From Lepidodermella squamata (lineage: Eukaryota > Animalia > Gastrotricha): a stretch of 64,000 nt of DNA. This document shows, in pieces, positions 47,966-61,416 of this stretch. The DNA lies in the NCBI GenBank assembly GCA_047495785.1, contig JBLDXI010000015.1, forward strand, positions 4,588,001 to 4,652,000, in the 5' to 3' direction. A program made the translations under genes and the position numbers. Positions within the stretch are counted from its first letter, which is position 1. Every line of letters starts with the position of its first letter. The notes under the pieces were generated by a model. The model did not search any database. It had not been told where the DNA came from and saw only the letters and a program-made list of their open reading frames with translations.

Positions 47966-50892
47966 TTCACTCACTTTGATTAATTTACTAGAAAAAAGCA
48001 CATATAAATCACACTACGAGACATACAGGAGTACTCAAGATAAAATTGTAAGTATGAGGCATCTAATAAACTGGAGAGGGAGTGCAAATAAGTCTGAGCT
48101 GTAAAGCCTCATATGTGTATAATCCCGATGTAGAATTCATTTATAGTGAAATAAAAAGCCACGGTCGTAGGCAAACAAAAAGAAATCGGATCGATAACCC
48201 TTCGTAAAATACATTGCGCAGTACGTCGCATAATAGAATATCGATTTCTATATTACTCGGCGAGAACGCAGTTAACACAGAGGGAAATATGCTATGTGGG
48301 CCACGAGCACAGTACTAGGCTCTCTCATTATTAGATTCTAGATTCACTTCTATTGATCAAAAAAATAATGCATGCGCGAATACCCCCATAAGGTTCCAAA
48401 ATTCTGCGGAAGTCACTCAGACACAAATTTACTAGTTGTCAAAAATAATAGCAAGTTTGCCCGTCTAGGACTTTCGCCAGCGTCAATTCCTTATGCATAA
48501 AAATACTTGCGTAAAAGCAAAGCAAAAATCACAGCGCTTGATCGACTAAAAATAAGATGCAAAAAATGATAGCTCTCATGAGGCTAATGTAAACATTGCA
48601 TGGGTATTATCATGCGCAATAAGCTAGTAAATATTCCATGTGATTAGCATACAGCCAAGTGGAGTGAAAGGTTAAGATTATCAGGGATGACTAAGCCAGA
48701 TTTAATACAAGCTAAAGTTCCCAGATAGCTATATCGGAAAGTAACGACCAAAATGAAGGATTATATTCAACCATAACAAACAAAAAAGAATATTTAACAA
48801 TTATCATTATCGGCGTTAACAAACAATTAGATTGAGTCCGACAGCATGACCGTGAACGGCCTGCTTCAGCATTGGAAACAGGATATTCAGTTATCAGCGA
48901 GAGAACCGCAAAATGATGGGGCACATGAATCTCCACTAAATACTTTCAAATGCTATCTTTTGCATAGTGGTAGGAATGGATATTATCTGTTCTCAATACT
49001 TAAAAAGCATATACCTAGGTTTCGCCGATAATTTTCATCAACTAAGTGGGTGACACATCAATAAATCCAGCAAACCACAATGTTATTGTTGAAGCTGTTA
49101 TGCTCCAAGAACAGCCAATAATTTTATGCATACTTGAATCAAGAACAAATAAAGCCATAAATTTCACTGTGGCAAAGTGATTGCTTTTTGTGGCGTGGCG
49201 CACTGGACAAACGACTCAACACAGATCGCGATTCGAAATGTTTGTACCTGTTTTGGAAGGCAGTGGTCGGGGCTGTTACTATGACCCTCTCAAGTATAGC
49301 AGAAAGAATTTCTACGTTTAGGATACACTAATTACAACAATAGAGCCATGCTATCTATGGCTGCGTGACTAAGGCGTCCAATGCGTAACTAAGGACTCAA
49401 ATCGAGCTAGCAATAGACCGATATATAGCGAGTTGCAACATACTTATCTCAGCCAACCAAAATTGTAGGATGTAGCCATTAGGATTAGAAGGAATGTCTA
49501 GAATGATTCCATATGTTGAAAACTACTATTCGGTGGATACCACCTAGTATCCGGCCTAATGCTTAATTTGAAACCGTCCGCGAGAAAATAATGAGAATTG
49601 TTCGCAATATGCCACAAAGTGTCAAAAAAACTTTCATTGGACATTACCTCGATTTTAACTAGAGATTCATGATTCATGAATACTCAAACCACTGTGCCAG
49701 TAACCAGTAATCAGTCATGCAGGCGTTCTCATTATTTCCTTCTGTAGCCAAAGTAGAATAACTTACTAGGTCCTAATACAGATACTGCTCGTTAACAGCA
49801 TACTCGTTCAGTAAGCATAATATCATGAAAAATAAAGCAACAGTAGCAAATCGCATAAATCGGCGATATGCTTGCCTCACCTGATACTGAAAATGAAATG
49901 CCAACTGGAGGAATAAGCTTAAAATGAAATATAGAAGATTGAGGCCATATATGGTGCTTGATGCATGATGAGATGAGACGTCAACATAAATCATTAGAGG
50001 TTCTGCGATTGAATGAGGCAGATTCGATACGTGGCATGATTTAACGTATGCGGTTAGCGACGCGTCGATAAATGCGACCCTGCGAAGGTCGAAGCGGAAA
50101 TGGGGGGCAAGATTTTTTATGATCGATTAAAATAATTTTTATGGCCGATTTTTATCAGTCCTATGATGTCGTTATGATAGCCTCAATTATATTTCTTTAT
50201 ACATACTGTTCTTCACAATATTTACAGTAATTTTTTTCGAAAATCGCGAAACCAAAACCCACGGCGGTGTTTCGACCGGGACAGTGAAAGCTGGTTCAGC
50301 GGTCGGTTGCTCAGCTCTGAGCTCCGAGCTCTGCCCATCTATCAAGTCGAAATACCTGCTAAAAGTTCTGCGTCATATTTCCGGATTTAATTGGGTTATT
50401 TTTCCTAGAGCGCACTACCTTGTCCCGTACAGGCTTTTGGCCATCGAGAACTCGTGTGGAGAATCCACTCCTGCTCCTTGACTGTTAACTTTGCTTTGTT
50501 TTTGTTTGCACTTGAACAGACCATAGCATTACATCTCGCATTTTCGCTTGAATATTGAACGGTGCGAATATTAAATATTGATTATTGATTACTTATGCTT
50601 TATGCTGAAGATGGCACGTAAACAACTTGTACTGTCATGTAGGTTGAAACCTATTCTTTTACTATTCTTTTATTCCTTTTATAGTATTCCTTTTACTATT
50701 CTTCGATACCTTTAACTACATCTTCATTATTTCACAATATATTTTGCGTGTTCGCTAGAGAGAAAAGTTCTTATTCTCCGAGCGTAAATCACCTGTCTTC
50801 GTGTGCTAACGCTAGAACTAAGCGTTACTCGAACGTTAAGTCGATTGTGTAGCCGATTTATGTCTTAATAGGTAATTTATCATCCCACCGCT

Positions 50893-53800
50893 ATGGATAT
50901 AATTACCAATACTATAATGCCGTCCCCTAAGAGGTTGCGAGACCTCATTCGGGAGATACGTTCTGCAAGAACAGCTGCAGACGAGCGCGCTGTTGTTAAT
51001 AAAGAATGTGCGCAAATCCGAGATTCCTTCAGAGAAGAGGATAATCTTTACCGGTCGCGCAACGTCGCCAAGCTTCTCTACATTCACATGCTAGGGTATC
51101 CTGCTCATTTTGGACAGGTATCAGTGTATTACATCAAATATTTTCATATGCGAGCCACATTATGTTACCATTTCAGCTGGAATGTATGAAGTTGATTGCC
51201 AACCAGCGATTTAGCGACAAACGAATTGGCTACCTCGGAGCCATTCTTTTGCTTGACGAGACAAGCGAGGTTCATCTTCTCATAACGAATTCTGTTAAGA
51301 AGTAAGTACCTTTTCACAAATCATTAAGGCACACAAACATTTCTGATGTTTAGTGATCTATCCAATTCAAATCAATATATTGCCGGCTTGGCACTAACTG
51401 CTCTCGGTTCGATAAATTCGGTTGAACTTGCTCGCGACTTGGCCAGTGAGGTTGAGCGTATGATGAAGTCGCAAAACACATATTTAAAGAAAAAGGTTTG
51501 TTTTAGTATTTTTACTTTTCTTGATCATGTGGTTATTTTGGCTATTAGGCTATTCTATGTGCAACGAGAATATTGAGAAAAGTTCCAGATCTGCTTGAAA
51601 TGTTTCTTCCGGCTACGAGATTTTTGCTAAGCGAAAAATGCTTAGGTGTGCAATTGACTGCTGTAACTCTGGTGACTGAAATGTGCAAGTTGAGCCCCGA
51701 CGCGCTCAATCATTTCAAGAAGGCTGTTCCTCAACTGGTTCGCATGCTGAAGCAATTGATCATGTCCGGCTATTCGCCAGAACATGACGTAAACGGTGTG
51801 ACTGATCCCTTCCTGCAAGTGAAAACACTACGATTGCTGCGTATCCTCGGCAAAGGCGACAAAGAAGCCAGTGAATCGATGAACGACATCTTAGCTCAGG
51901 TTTGTCAGTCATCTTGCCAACATATGATTATGCATCAGTTTTCGTTTTTACAGGTTGCTACTAATACTGAAACAACTAAAAATGTTGGACACGCAATTCT
52001 GTACGAAATTGTTCGTACAGTAATGGGTGTCGAAAGTGAACAAGGCCTTCGGGTGAGTTGAAATAACGGCACTAATCTGTTTCCTTTTCTTTTTCGCATA
52101 TCGTCGCGCGCTTCTCGGGTCGTAGATAGCCACGAATACTGACCCGTTACAGCAAGCCGGAAATGCCGTTCTCTTAGAAACCGTAAAATTAGCTCTCCAA
52201 GTCCCGGTCGAAAGTAACGTCAGGGTTGGTTCCCATAGGCAAAATTACGCGTCAAATGCCGATTCTGCTATTTGCCAATTTGATAATAACATGAATATCC
52301 TATTTGCGGCTTGCAGCTGGAAACTAATGAACTTTGCTTGCATGAGCTAGTTTCAACTGTGAATGAAAATTCGTTTGTTTTCAGGTCTTGGCAATCAATA
52401 TCCTCGGTCGATTCCTATTGAACAGTGATAAAAACATTCGATACGTGGCTCTGAACACCTTATTAACGGTTGTGCAGGCTGATTACAACGCTGTCCAGCG
52501 ACACAGATCTACTGTCATTGACTGTCTGAAAGATCCTGATGTATCCATCAAAAAGTGAGTTTGACAGTTGCCCTCTTATCTCGAAATTTTCATCGATTAT
52601 GTGTTCACAGGCGCGCAATGGAGTTGTCATTTGCGCTCGTCAACTCACAAAACATTCGCTCCATGGTGAAAGATTTACTGTCTTTCTTAGAGGTCTGCGA
52701 AGTGGAATTCAAGGCGGATTGCGCTTCGAATCTGGCAATTGCGGTCGAGCGGTTTTCTCCCTCGCCGCAGTGGCAGTTCGACAATGTGCTAAAAATGCTA
52801 ATATTAGCCGGAAATTACGTGCGTGATGATGTCATTGCCGGCACCATTCAACTGATAGCCGAGACATCTGCACTTCATCAATATGCAAGCCTTCTTCTAA
52901 TTCGTGTGCTCCGACCTGATGGACCTGATCTGTTTCTGCATCAACCACTCGTTCAAGTCGCCTGCTGGGCCATCGGCGAGTACGGTCAAATGCTAGTTGG
53001 CCGGCACGACATCGACGGTGAAGTTATCGAAGTAACCGAGACCCACATAGTCGCGAGTATCGAACGAGTTGTGAATGGCCGCACACTATCGGTGATTACG
53101 CGTGGCTATGCATTGACCGCGTGTTCGAAGTTGACGGCTCGAGTCAATGACGAAGAGGAGCTGGCGCGACTTTCATTGCTCATTCAAATGTACGGCCCAT
53201 CGACGATAATCGAACTGCAACAGCGCTCTATCGAGTACAAACAGATCTTAAATCGGCCGCAGTCACTGCGAGCCGCTTTGCTTGAACAGATGCCGGTGCT
53301 CGAAGTGCAGAAAGAGCAGAAGGGTATCGCCGGCATGGCCAGTCCTCCACCCGCGTCTCAGACAGAGGCTAATTTGCTAGGCGGGGAAGTCCATACTAAT
53401 GGAAATGGCGTTTCATCTGACGTGAGTTTTTTCGTTTTTCATTGCCTATGAATTACAAATTTATTTCCTCTTAATTATAGCGTGCCAAGGTGCTGGATTT
53501 ACTGGCGGATTTGTCTTCGGTAGTCGAAAATAACCACGCCAACCACACTTCGGCGCCTGGCGGAGGACTCGGTTCGTTGATCGATGGCCTCGGAGGCCTC
53601 GACGTGTCGTCCCCGCCGCAGCCATCGAAAACCAGCAATAACAATCACAACTTCGACCCACTAGCCGATCTGCTGAATATGCCCTCGTCGACCCCTACCT
53701 CGATAGCGGCCGTAGCGAATCAGCCCATCGCTCCGCCGCTGGTGTCCTACGACAAGAATGGCCTTAGAGTAACGTTCACCTTCCCTCGACCTGCGGCCCC

Positions 53801-54139
53801 TGACGTCGCCGAAGTGTTAATGACGGCGGAAAACACGGGCGCGACCGATATTACCGAATTCCTGTTCGAGGCTGCCGTGCCAAAAGCATTCTCGCTGAAT
53901 ATGCTGCCACCGTCCTCCGACAAAGTCTTGCCCTTCGGTCAGCAAAACGTCACACAGAAACTGCTAATCAAAAACCCTCAAAGAGTAAGCAGTAGCCAAG
54001 TTAAAATGAAATTTCTAATTTGGTTTTTTTACAGCAACCTATTCGAATGAGGCTAAGAATCAATTACAACCAAGATGGCAGTAAAATGACGGAGCAAGTG
54101 GACGCTAGCAACTTCCCGCCTGCTCTGTGGCAGCAATAA
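50893..54139 (+). CDS. AP1G1: AP-1 complex subunit gamma-1
   Basis: [61 protein letters not shown] and a C-terminal GAE ear domain ([13 protein letters not shown]); ~9 exons; stop at 54137-54139. Confidence 0.97.
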
Positions 54140-55443
54140 ACTTCGAATTCCTTCTTCTTTGCTTGATACTAACGTTGTGCTATTCTGCTTGCGAAAACGG
54201 CGGCGTAACACGTCGCCCTAGCAACAGCTTTTCATCGTCTCAGTGTTTTGTTATACCTATTCTTGTTCGTTTATACGACGCAAATTTTAGGTCGCATTTC
54301 GAGCGGCTGCAATGCGTGCTCATCTTAGCGTAGCATACATCCTACACTGCTAGAAAAAAATCATAAATACAGTTGTAACTAGCCCACATGTAATTAGGCC
54401 TTGAACCCCCTGTCATCTGCTTATTCCTATGTTTTGAGGTGGATTGATAGCAGCATTCATCTTCGGCTTCCAAAGCCTTTTCGTAGTTTCGATGCTCATC
54501 GTCCAGTCTCTGAAACCCAGTGTATTGTCAAATCGTTGTGCACACTCGAAAACTAAGAGTACTAATAATGATAAAAGGTGATGTCAAAAAACATGTTTTA
54601 CCTGGAAAAATTGGTGATGATTGCTGTTCATAAACGCAGATTATTATTTATATTTCGACATAACTTTCACAGATCCAATTTATCGAGTCGGTTGTGACCT
54701 CAATATTGATCATCCGTGCATCAACGAGGCCTGAAATTTGATGAAGAAAGCACATTCAATTGATTCATTTCGATGTTGTGAATGATCAACTCTAACATTA
54801 TTAATATTATTTACTTATTGTGTTTTCAAGTTATTCTGCGACGAATGATGATGATAATAAATTATTTGTGAGAAAGTCCATTCATTTTACGGACCATTTA
54901 TATTATATTGATATGCTAGAACATTCGACCAAGCTATTAAAATCGTTTAAAGCTGTTATCATATTAATAACAATTTTCCGGGGTGTTACGAAAAATTTGT
55001 CTTTTCCACTGCTTTTCTTTGTCAAAAAGGCTTGTTCTATGTGTAAACACGTTATATGAAGGATGGCATGTAGAAAACGTGAGTGCCGGATGTACCTATG
55101 CGCAATTGAAGGTATACAAAACAAGGCGGATGTGGCATGCTAATCATATCTTGTACTATTAATTAACAATATACATGAATTAGTCGAAACTGTACTGATT
55201 ATCCTGGAATTCATTTCAAGAGAAAGATAATGATGTAATAAAAAAACGACACAAGTTTTCATTATTTTTTCATGTTCATTTTTTTCAATGGTCATTCACA
55301 AGAGCTGTTTACTACGCGCTGGATTATAGCTTCTGTCTAGCGTGTCATGTGGTCAGACGGCGTCGTGTTTTTTCTGCTCTCAGCAGCATTATTTATTTCA
55401 CTCATTATTTGATTTTTACTAGAAAGTTAGATACAGAAACCGA

Positions 55444-57056
55444 ATGGCAACAACATCGGAGAGCGAGAAGAGCACTCCGCAGGATGTAGCGTTTGCGATC
55501 AACGCGCTCATCATCAGCAGCGGGCATGACGGCCTGCATTCGATTGACTCGATCACGACAGCTGCGAAGAGTGTCTGCAAAATCATCCGGCCCGACGGCG
55601 CCATGGGCAGCGCTTTCTTCTGCAAACTGCCGCCGATCACGGCGACGGAACGCCTCGTCGGCCTCATGACTAACAACCACGTGATCGACGCTGATCTGCT
55701 GGCGAGTCGTGACGGCTATTTCGAGGTGTGTTTCGAGACGGACAAGCGCTGCGTGCCGATTCGCTTGTCCGTGAAAAGCGACGTGGCCTGGACGTACACG
55801 GATTCAACGCTAGACATCACTTTCATTCAACTGTTGCCGGAAACTGTCGCCGATATTTTAGGCGAGAGGCGCGTGAAAATTCTGGAGTTTTCCGACCGCA
55901 AGGTAGCCAAAGACCAGCAGGTTGCTATCGTGCAATTTCCGCGCGGGGAGCTGCAGAAAATCGCTTTCGCTTCAGTTAAAGAAGTCGTTGGCTCAGATTT
56001 CAAGCACACGGTCTCTACCGACTACGGCTCGTCCGGCTCGCCCGTCTTCGAAGTTGACTCATGGGCCGTAGTTGGCATCCATAAAATGCGGTCATCCGAA
56101 GCGGAGGCGAACCGTTACAACTGGGCGGTCATGGCTCGAACGGTTGTAGAAGCTATTGTTGCTAAATGGCGCAAATCTTTCCGCAAGAAACGAAGCCGCA
56201 GCCGTGAAATTCACTCGAGCGAGGCCGGTCACGATGTGGGCCGCGATATCCAAAACTACTACGCACCTCGATTGCACAGGTAAATAGTATTCGGAAAATG
56301 AAAAGTCCACCTTAAATTTTGATAATTAGAGCTGCTTTAAGCGGTAACCTTAAAGCTATCAAGGATTTGCTGGTCAAGTTTCGCGAAGAATTCCGCCCGC
56401 GTGATGGTGATGAGCTGACCCTGGAAGAGCATCTGATTGATCATCAGAACAAGGCGAATTATCAACGAACAGCCTTGATGGAAGCCGCGCAAGCTGGCCA
56501 CCTTAAAGTTGTGCAATTTTTGGTTCAAAACTGCGATGCGGATGTTTACGTTCAAGATTCGCCGCAGACGCTTCGATCCTCAGCGATTCACCTGGCTGCC
56601 GAAAATGGCCACCTCGAAATCGTGTCTTTCCTCCTGCAAATGGAGCCGGAACTTCTGGAATTTCCGAACGGCTCCGGTGACACTGTTCTCGGAATGGCCG
56701 CATTCGCCGGACACGCGAAAGTTGTCGAGTTCCTTGTCAATAAGAAGAAGGCTGATCAGGATGTAAAAGGCGAGTTGGGCCGAACGCCGTTGATGCGAGC
56801 AGCGGTGAATGGCCACCTGCCCGTGGTGAAAGTGTTGGCTGAGAAGGCGAAAGCAAGCCTGGAGAAGCGCGATGCGACAAAGCACGGCAACACCGCCATC
56901 CACCTTGCTGCCTATTTTGGCCACGCGCCCGTCGTCAGGTACCTGTTGGCAATTCAGCCGAGCCTCGCCAAGTTGAAAAACAAACTCGGCCGCACACCGG
57001 TGTACTACGCGCAGCTGCCTCTGGATAAAAGCGAGATTGTCAGCTTGCTGGAATGA
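55444..57056 (+). CDS. Trypsin-like serine protease fused to ankyrin repeats, ~520 aa
   Basis: Exons 55444-56279 and 56330-57056 (phase 2). GSAFF, MTNNHVI (His), LDITFIQL (Asp), STDYGSSGSPVF (Ser), VVGIH, then ~6-7 ankyrin repeats. Confidence 0.85.
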
Positions 57057-57981
57057 AGCAGAGGCTCGCGATGACATGATTGATTATTTTCACTGAACAG
57101 TGCCATGACATGTATGATGATTATAGAACCTCAGATGATATTTACCCAAAAATAAAGCCTTGTTGATGCATCGGCAGTTTTTCCATGTTTTATTCAAATC
57201 GAAGAAATGCAAGATTTTCTCAATCAATTCATGAATAGCCAGATACATGTGGACTCAGGCAGCAGAGGTAGCAGAGGCTCGCAAGCATGCGACGTTCGTC
57301 TAGAAATAAGGAATATCATGGCGATAACTGTGGCCGTGTTCGCGGTTACATGAACGGCGACTGCCGCTCTTCACCCGGCAACTGTGAATGAAGTTGACGA
57401 TGGCGAAGGTAAAAGTGCCGTATGAGAGAACGAGTCGAAAGGTGTTTTCGCACGCGTCATCGTAGGTTGAACCTCGTGGCAATGAAAATGCGCTCTAACT
57501 GGGAACCTTCACAAATCGGATGTGAAGTAACAATTTCAGCTTCAGCTTTTTGAAGCAGTGGTGTCGCGACAAGTTAAATCGAGAGAAAGCCAAAAAGGCC
57601 GACAAAATACCAAATGCAAATACCGGCTGAATTCTGCGAAACTCTTTCATCCTGAGCCACGCAGGTCGTCAAAAAGCTGTTGCCAAATCCATCTAACCAT
57701 TGAATTTGATGACTTGAATTTTAGTTTTATTTGTCCCATTAAATGAGAGAAATGGCAACCACACACCAAAAATCACAAACCAATCATGACAAAACTGAAG
57801 TAAAAGACTGATTAAGGATCAATTATACAAATCCGCAGTAATAATTAAAAAAAACCGAAAATAAAAAAACCGATTTCGGCGTTTCAATGGAAACTAAAAA
57901 AAATTCGGTGAATGGCGAAACAAAATTCCATCAAAAAATCATGCCAGTCTGTTATTGATCTCGTAAATGAATGCCAGCCGA

Positions 57982-60402
57982 TCACTCATTTGGAGGATAC
58001 TTGAAATTTTTTACGGTGTCCAGCAGCCAAATTCCACTCATCGATGCAGATATTATCATGGATAACCCAGCGAGAGCGAGCTGTTGGCCGACGGGGTCGC
58101 GCATCACCAACAATATCAAAATCCCGCCACAAATGATTGTCGAACTGATAATAGCTGATACAGCTTGCTTTCCGAAATCTGGGCAGACCGCTCCGAAATG
58201 ACTTTGTTTAACCTCAAAAACGATGAAGCAAGCAACGGCGATGAGAAGTACGTGGTAAATCGCGATAGCTATGATCCAACCAAGTTGATTTTGCGAATAA
58301 CACATGTAAACATACTGCTCGGTCATAACATCAGAAACTTCGTCGTAGATAGGCAGTTTCGGCATGGTAACAGAACAGCGCAGTTGATCGGCCGTCAGCC
58401 ATATGACAAGGACAACAATCATGCTACCAAACATCATCATAGCTAGGATGACCCCCTTTCGATCAGCATCTCGGAACGAGCTTCGGTGGATGATAACCGG
58501 TATTGTCGCACGTGTCGATTTGCGTAAGCTTCGAGTGCTTTCATTCGTATTGCTTCGAGGTCTAACCACAACTTTATGCTCGCTTGCTGTCTCCACAGAT
58601 TGCTTTCGAATCGAAATCGAGTCTCTGCGTTCAGGCGGCTCGCTGGATGACATGTTGCGACGAGCCTCTTTCACCAAATGACGTGTTTGGCGCAAATTCA
58701 CGAAAATTACATTGACAACGAGTGATATACCAGTGACAAGGAGAACGATGCGCGAATGCCAGATTGCACTAGCGTCTTGACTAGTTTGCAGCACGAAAGC
58801 TATGGCAGCCGAATTCAAGAGCAGACAACCAATCAACCCGATACACTTCATTTTCGGCATAGTTCGTTGGTTCCAGTTGGCTCTTCGCTTGAAAAACGTC
58901 AAAATCAGTCCAATGACTTGAAATATCATGACCATGCAGCAAATCACTATGATAGTTACCGACGATGCCTCAGGTACTTCCATCACAGTTTTTATCACCA
59001 GCCACGAATCTCGCGGAGGCCTCTTATCCGGGGTCTGCCATTGCATCGTATCGATCTGCTTGATTCGATAGCTATCGTAGCTTTCAATCGGAGCGTTGTC
59101 AAGCATGGTGATTAGAAAAGTTTTCTGCAGAATGGCTTTACGAGCCCAAACCAAAATGAAGTTGGGCAAACCATACAACTGTCCATTTCTGTCGAATCGA
59201 ACCCTCGACGCTCGGAGACCCCGGAAATCAACCCCTATCAGCTGATCCTTTACGACCTCCATGACTTTCTTCGGCTGCTCGTAATAGCTGCGTAGAGACA
59301 TATTTTGAGTTTGTAGCACTTTCTCGGCCTTATCTAAAACCAGGGCAGTTTCCATAACGCTATCACTACAGGCGAACCTGAAGTCGTAGTCCAAAGTTCT
59401 GACACCTTGACTTCCTTGCTGGATGGCGAAATTGTCGAACATTTCTTCAAACTCGATGCGGTTGTACCCAAAATTCGTTTTTTGCAGCAAATCGGCGTTG
59501 TCATCCGTGTTTCCCATCGCCAATGTGTATCGAACTTGTTCTGTTATGATAGCTCGGCTGCACGTCGAAGGAACCTGGGCATCCATCAGCGTTGTAGGAT
59601 TCGGAAGAGCCGTGTCGTGAGTGATGAACAAATATCGACTACCTGTTATGCCAACTCGATAGGCCAGACAGAGCACATTTATAGCCGTTGCCATATTACC
59701 CGTTTGAATGAGAATGATCCTCTCCTCGCTGGCTTTTAGGGACAAGGCCGTCTCCATATCGAATGTTACAACAGCGTTGAACCATTTGATAGCAAACCCT
59801 TGTTGGGAAGCGATGTTATAGAAGCTTAGAGCTGCTTGGAAATCGTTGACATTTTCCGCGAATGTGAGTACGGCGCATCTTCTAGCTTGAACCACTTCCT
59901 TCAGGAACCTTACGTATCCGTAGTTTTTCGGATTCACAGTCGGTACAGACAGGAAAAGGTTCGGAAATCGTTTACGGTCATTCAAAATCGAAGCAGTGCA
60001 CATAGTTGATATCCCGACGAGATTAACCTGGTGGAGAAAGGTCCCGATAGCTTTGCAGCCATTGGAGACCCAGGGGCCGAGAATGATTGGAGATGGGAAA
60101 AGGTTGCTCGCAGGTTGGCGTTCGAATTGGCTCGAGAAGTTTACAACCGTAGCCGGCGCATTCACGCCGCTATTTTTCTCATCGCCGTAGACTAGTTCGA
60201 GTTCGTAATCTGGCAGAATATCCGTGCGGTTGTTGGCGATTTGCGCTGTCATCTGTGAAGCGTATCGGCAGTCCTTGGGAATGACAGGCTCGGTGCCGGT
60301 GATCCGCGTCATCACCAGTAGAGGCATCTTATACGGCTTTGAAGCGCCGCTCCATGTTACATAAAAAAAAGATATTACGGCTAAAACGACCTCGCGCTTC
60401 AT
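57982..60402 (-). CDS. Divergent GABA-B-receptor-like class C GPCR, intronless, 806 aa
   Basis: Signal peptide; Venus flytrap motifs (NNRTDILPDYELEL, ILGP, LNDRKRFPNLF, VRFDRNG); no Cys-rich domain; seven hydrophobic helices. Confidence 0.82.
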   Translation of the reverse strand: MKREVVLAVISFFYVTWSGASKPYKMPLLVMTRITGTEPVIPKDCRYASQMTAQIANNRTDILPDYELELVYGDEKNSGVNAPATVVNFSSQFERQPASNLFPSPIILGPWVSNGCKAIGTFLHQVNLVGISTMCTASILNDRKRFPNLFLSVPTVNPKNYGYVRFLKEVVQARRCAVLTFAENVNDFQAALSFYNIASQQGFAIKWFNAVVTFDMETALSLKASEERIILIQTGNMATAINVLCLAYRVGITGSRYLFITHDTALPNPTTLMDAQVPSTCSRAIITEQVRYTLAMGNTDDNADLLQKTNFGYNRIEFEEMFDNFAIQQGSQGVRTLDYDFRFACSDSVMETALVLDKAEKVLQTQNMSLRSYYEQPKKVMEVVKDQLIGVDFRGLRASRVRFDRNGQLYGLPNFILVWARKAILQKTFLITMLDNAPIESYDSYRIKQIDTMQWQTPDKRPPRDSWLVIKTVMEVPEASSVTIIVICCMVMIFQVIGLILTFFKRRANWNQRTMPKMKCIGLIGCLLLNSAAIAFVLQTSQDASAIWHSRIVLLVTGISLVVNVIFVNLRQTRHLVKEARRNMSSSEPPERRDSISIRKQSVETASEHKVVVRPRSNTNESTRSLRKSTRATIPVIIHRSSFRDADRKGVILAMMMFGSMIVVLVIWLTADQLRCSVTMPKLPIYDEVSDVMTEQYVYMCYSQNQLGWIIAIAIYHVLLIAVACFIVFEVKQSHFGAVCPDFGKQAVSAIISSTIICGGILILLVMRDPVGQQLALAGLSMIISASMSGIWLLDTVKNFKYPPNE

Positions 60403-61416
60403 TTATCATGAAATTAAATGAAATTGAAAAGGTTAGAATGACCTTCCATTCGAACTCGAACGTCTTGGAGCATGGAACTTGCGTGGCATTATAAAGTATA
60501 TCACACAAACAGGATGTTATGTACGGCTATTTTCAATGAATGAGTGGCAAGGGTGGGGTACACATAGTAACAATAAACACTCTATCGCAACATGTTATTG
60601 TTCAGCACCGCACATCCTGGTGGTTGAGGATGATCAAAATTCGCACTTCCTTTCATTCAAATTAGGCAGAGGGAACCACACGTTTCACCTGTCTCTTAAA
60701 CACGCGCATGATTTGACACGAAACAGAAGACTGTTAAGAAGATTCAGTCGGCTATAAACGGATGCGGAAGTCGGATATCAACTGTCTTTTCAAATACGCT
60801 CACTTATAGTGCAAAACATGTTTTTGTTACAACAAAACGGAGCGACCAACAAGCAATTATTAACCCGTCTCCTGTACGCATTGTTTCGTCTATTTGCGAT
60901 TGGCTGATGTTTTATGCGCTGTCTCACACAATTTACCCGACATACAGATATTGTGTCAAAAACAAGCCTGCGTTTCCGCAACCGTATACAGTCGTTGTTT
61001 TCTAATTGACAGATCTTAAAATTGCTGAAAACAGGAAAACAATAAGATTCCGACACCCCGCACAATGAAATAAAAATTGTCGAATATCTCATATTTATTT
61101 GTCTTTTAACAGAACAAATCAACAAAAACAGTAGCTAAATAGTAAACAGCAGGTGACAGTTGACAGGTAACCGAGGATGAAGAGATGCCGACGATATACA
61201 TGATGACTGAGATAACTGGCAATTGAAGTATAAGATTCTCGCGGTACAACGACTTGATTGGTTTGAGTGTGAGTAAGAGTTGGAGCTTACAGAGTTAGAG
61301 CAGGATGGGAGGGTAACAGTCTGAGCAATTGACATCATCGGAATTACAAAATCATTATTACGAGGTCGTTCTTCTCCAATTTAAAATATGCCAGCCGAAT
61401 GAGGTGACAGCAAGTT

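Noticed and set aside
50600-50705. CTGAAGA...GAAAC plus short TATTCTTTT repeats
   Set aside because: The GAAAC lies within a local TAGGTT/AACCTA hairpin and no stem I/III forms; the repeats are low complexity.
45619-54139. NSF and AP1G1 (plus RAB3GAP1 and BORCS5) as a vesicle-trafficking gene cluster
   Set aside because: Interspersed with unrelated genes; adjacency alone does not show functional clustering.
57300-57482. ENTFRLVLSYGTFTFAIVNF, reminiscent of a NIDO domain
   Set aside because: Only ~20 residues of resemblance in a short stop-bounded frame without ATG or clear splice sites.
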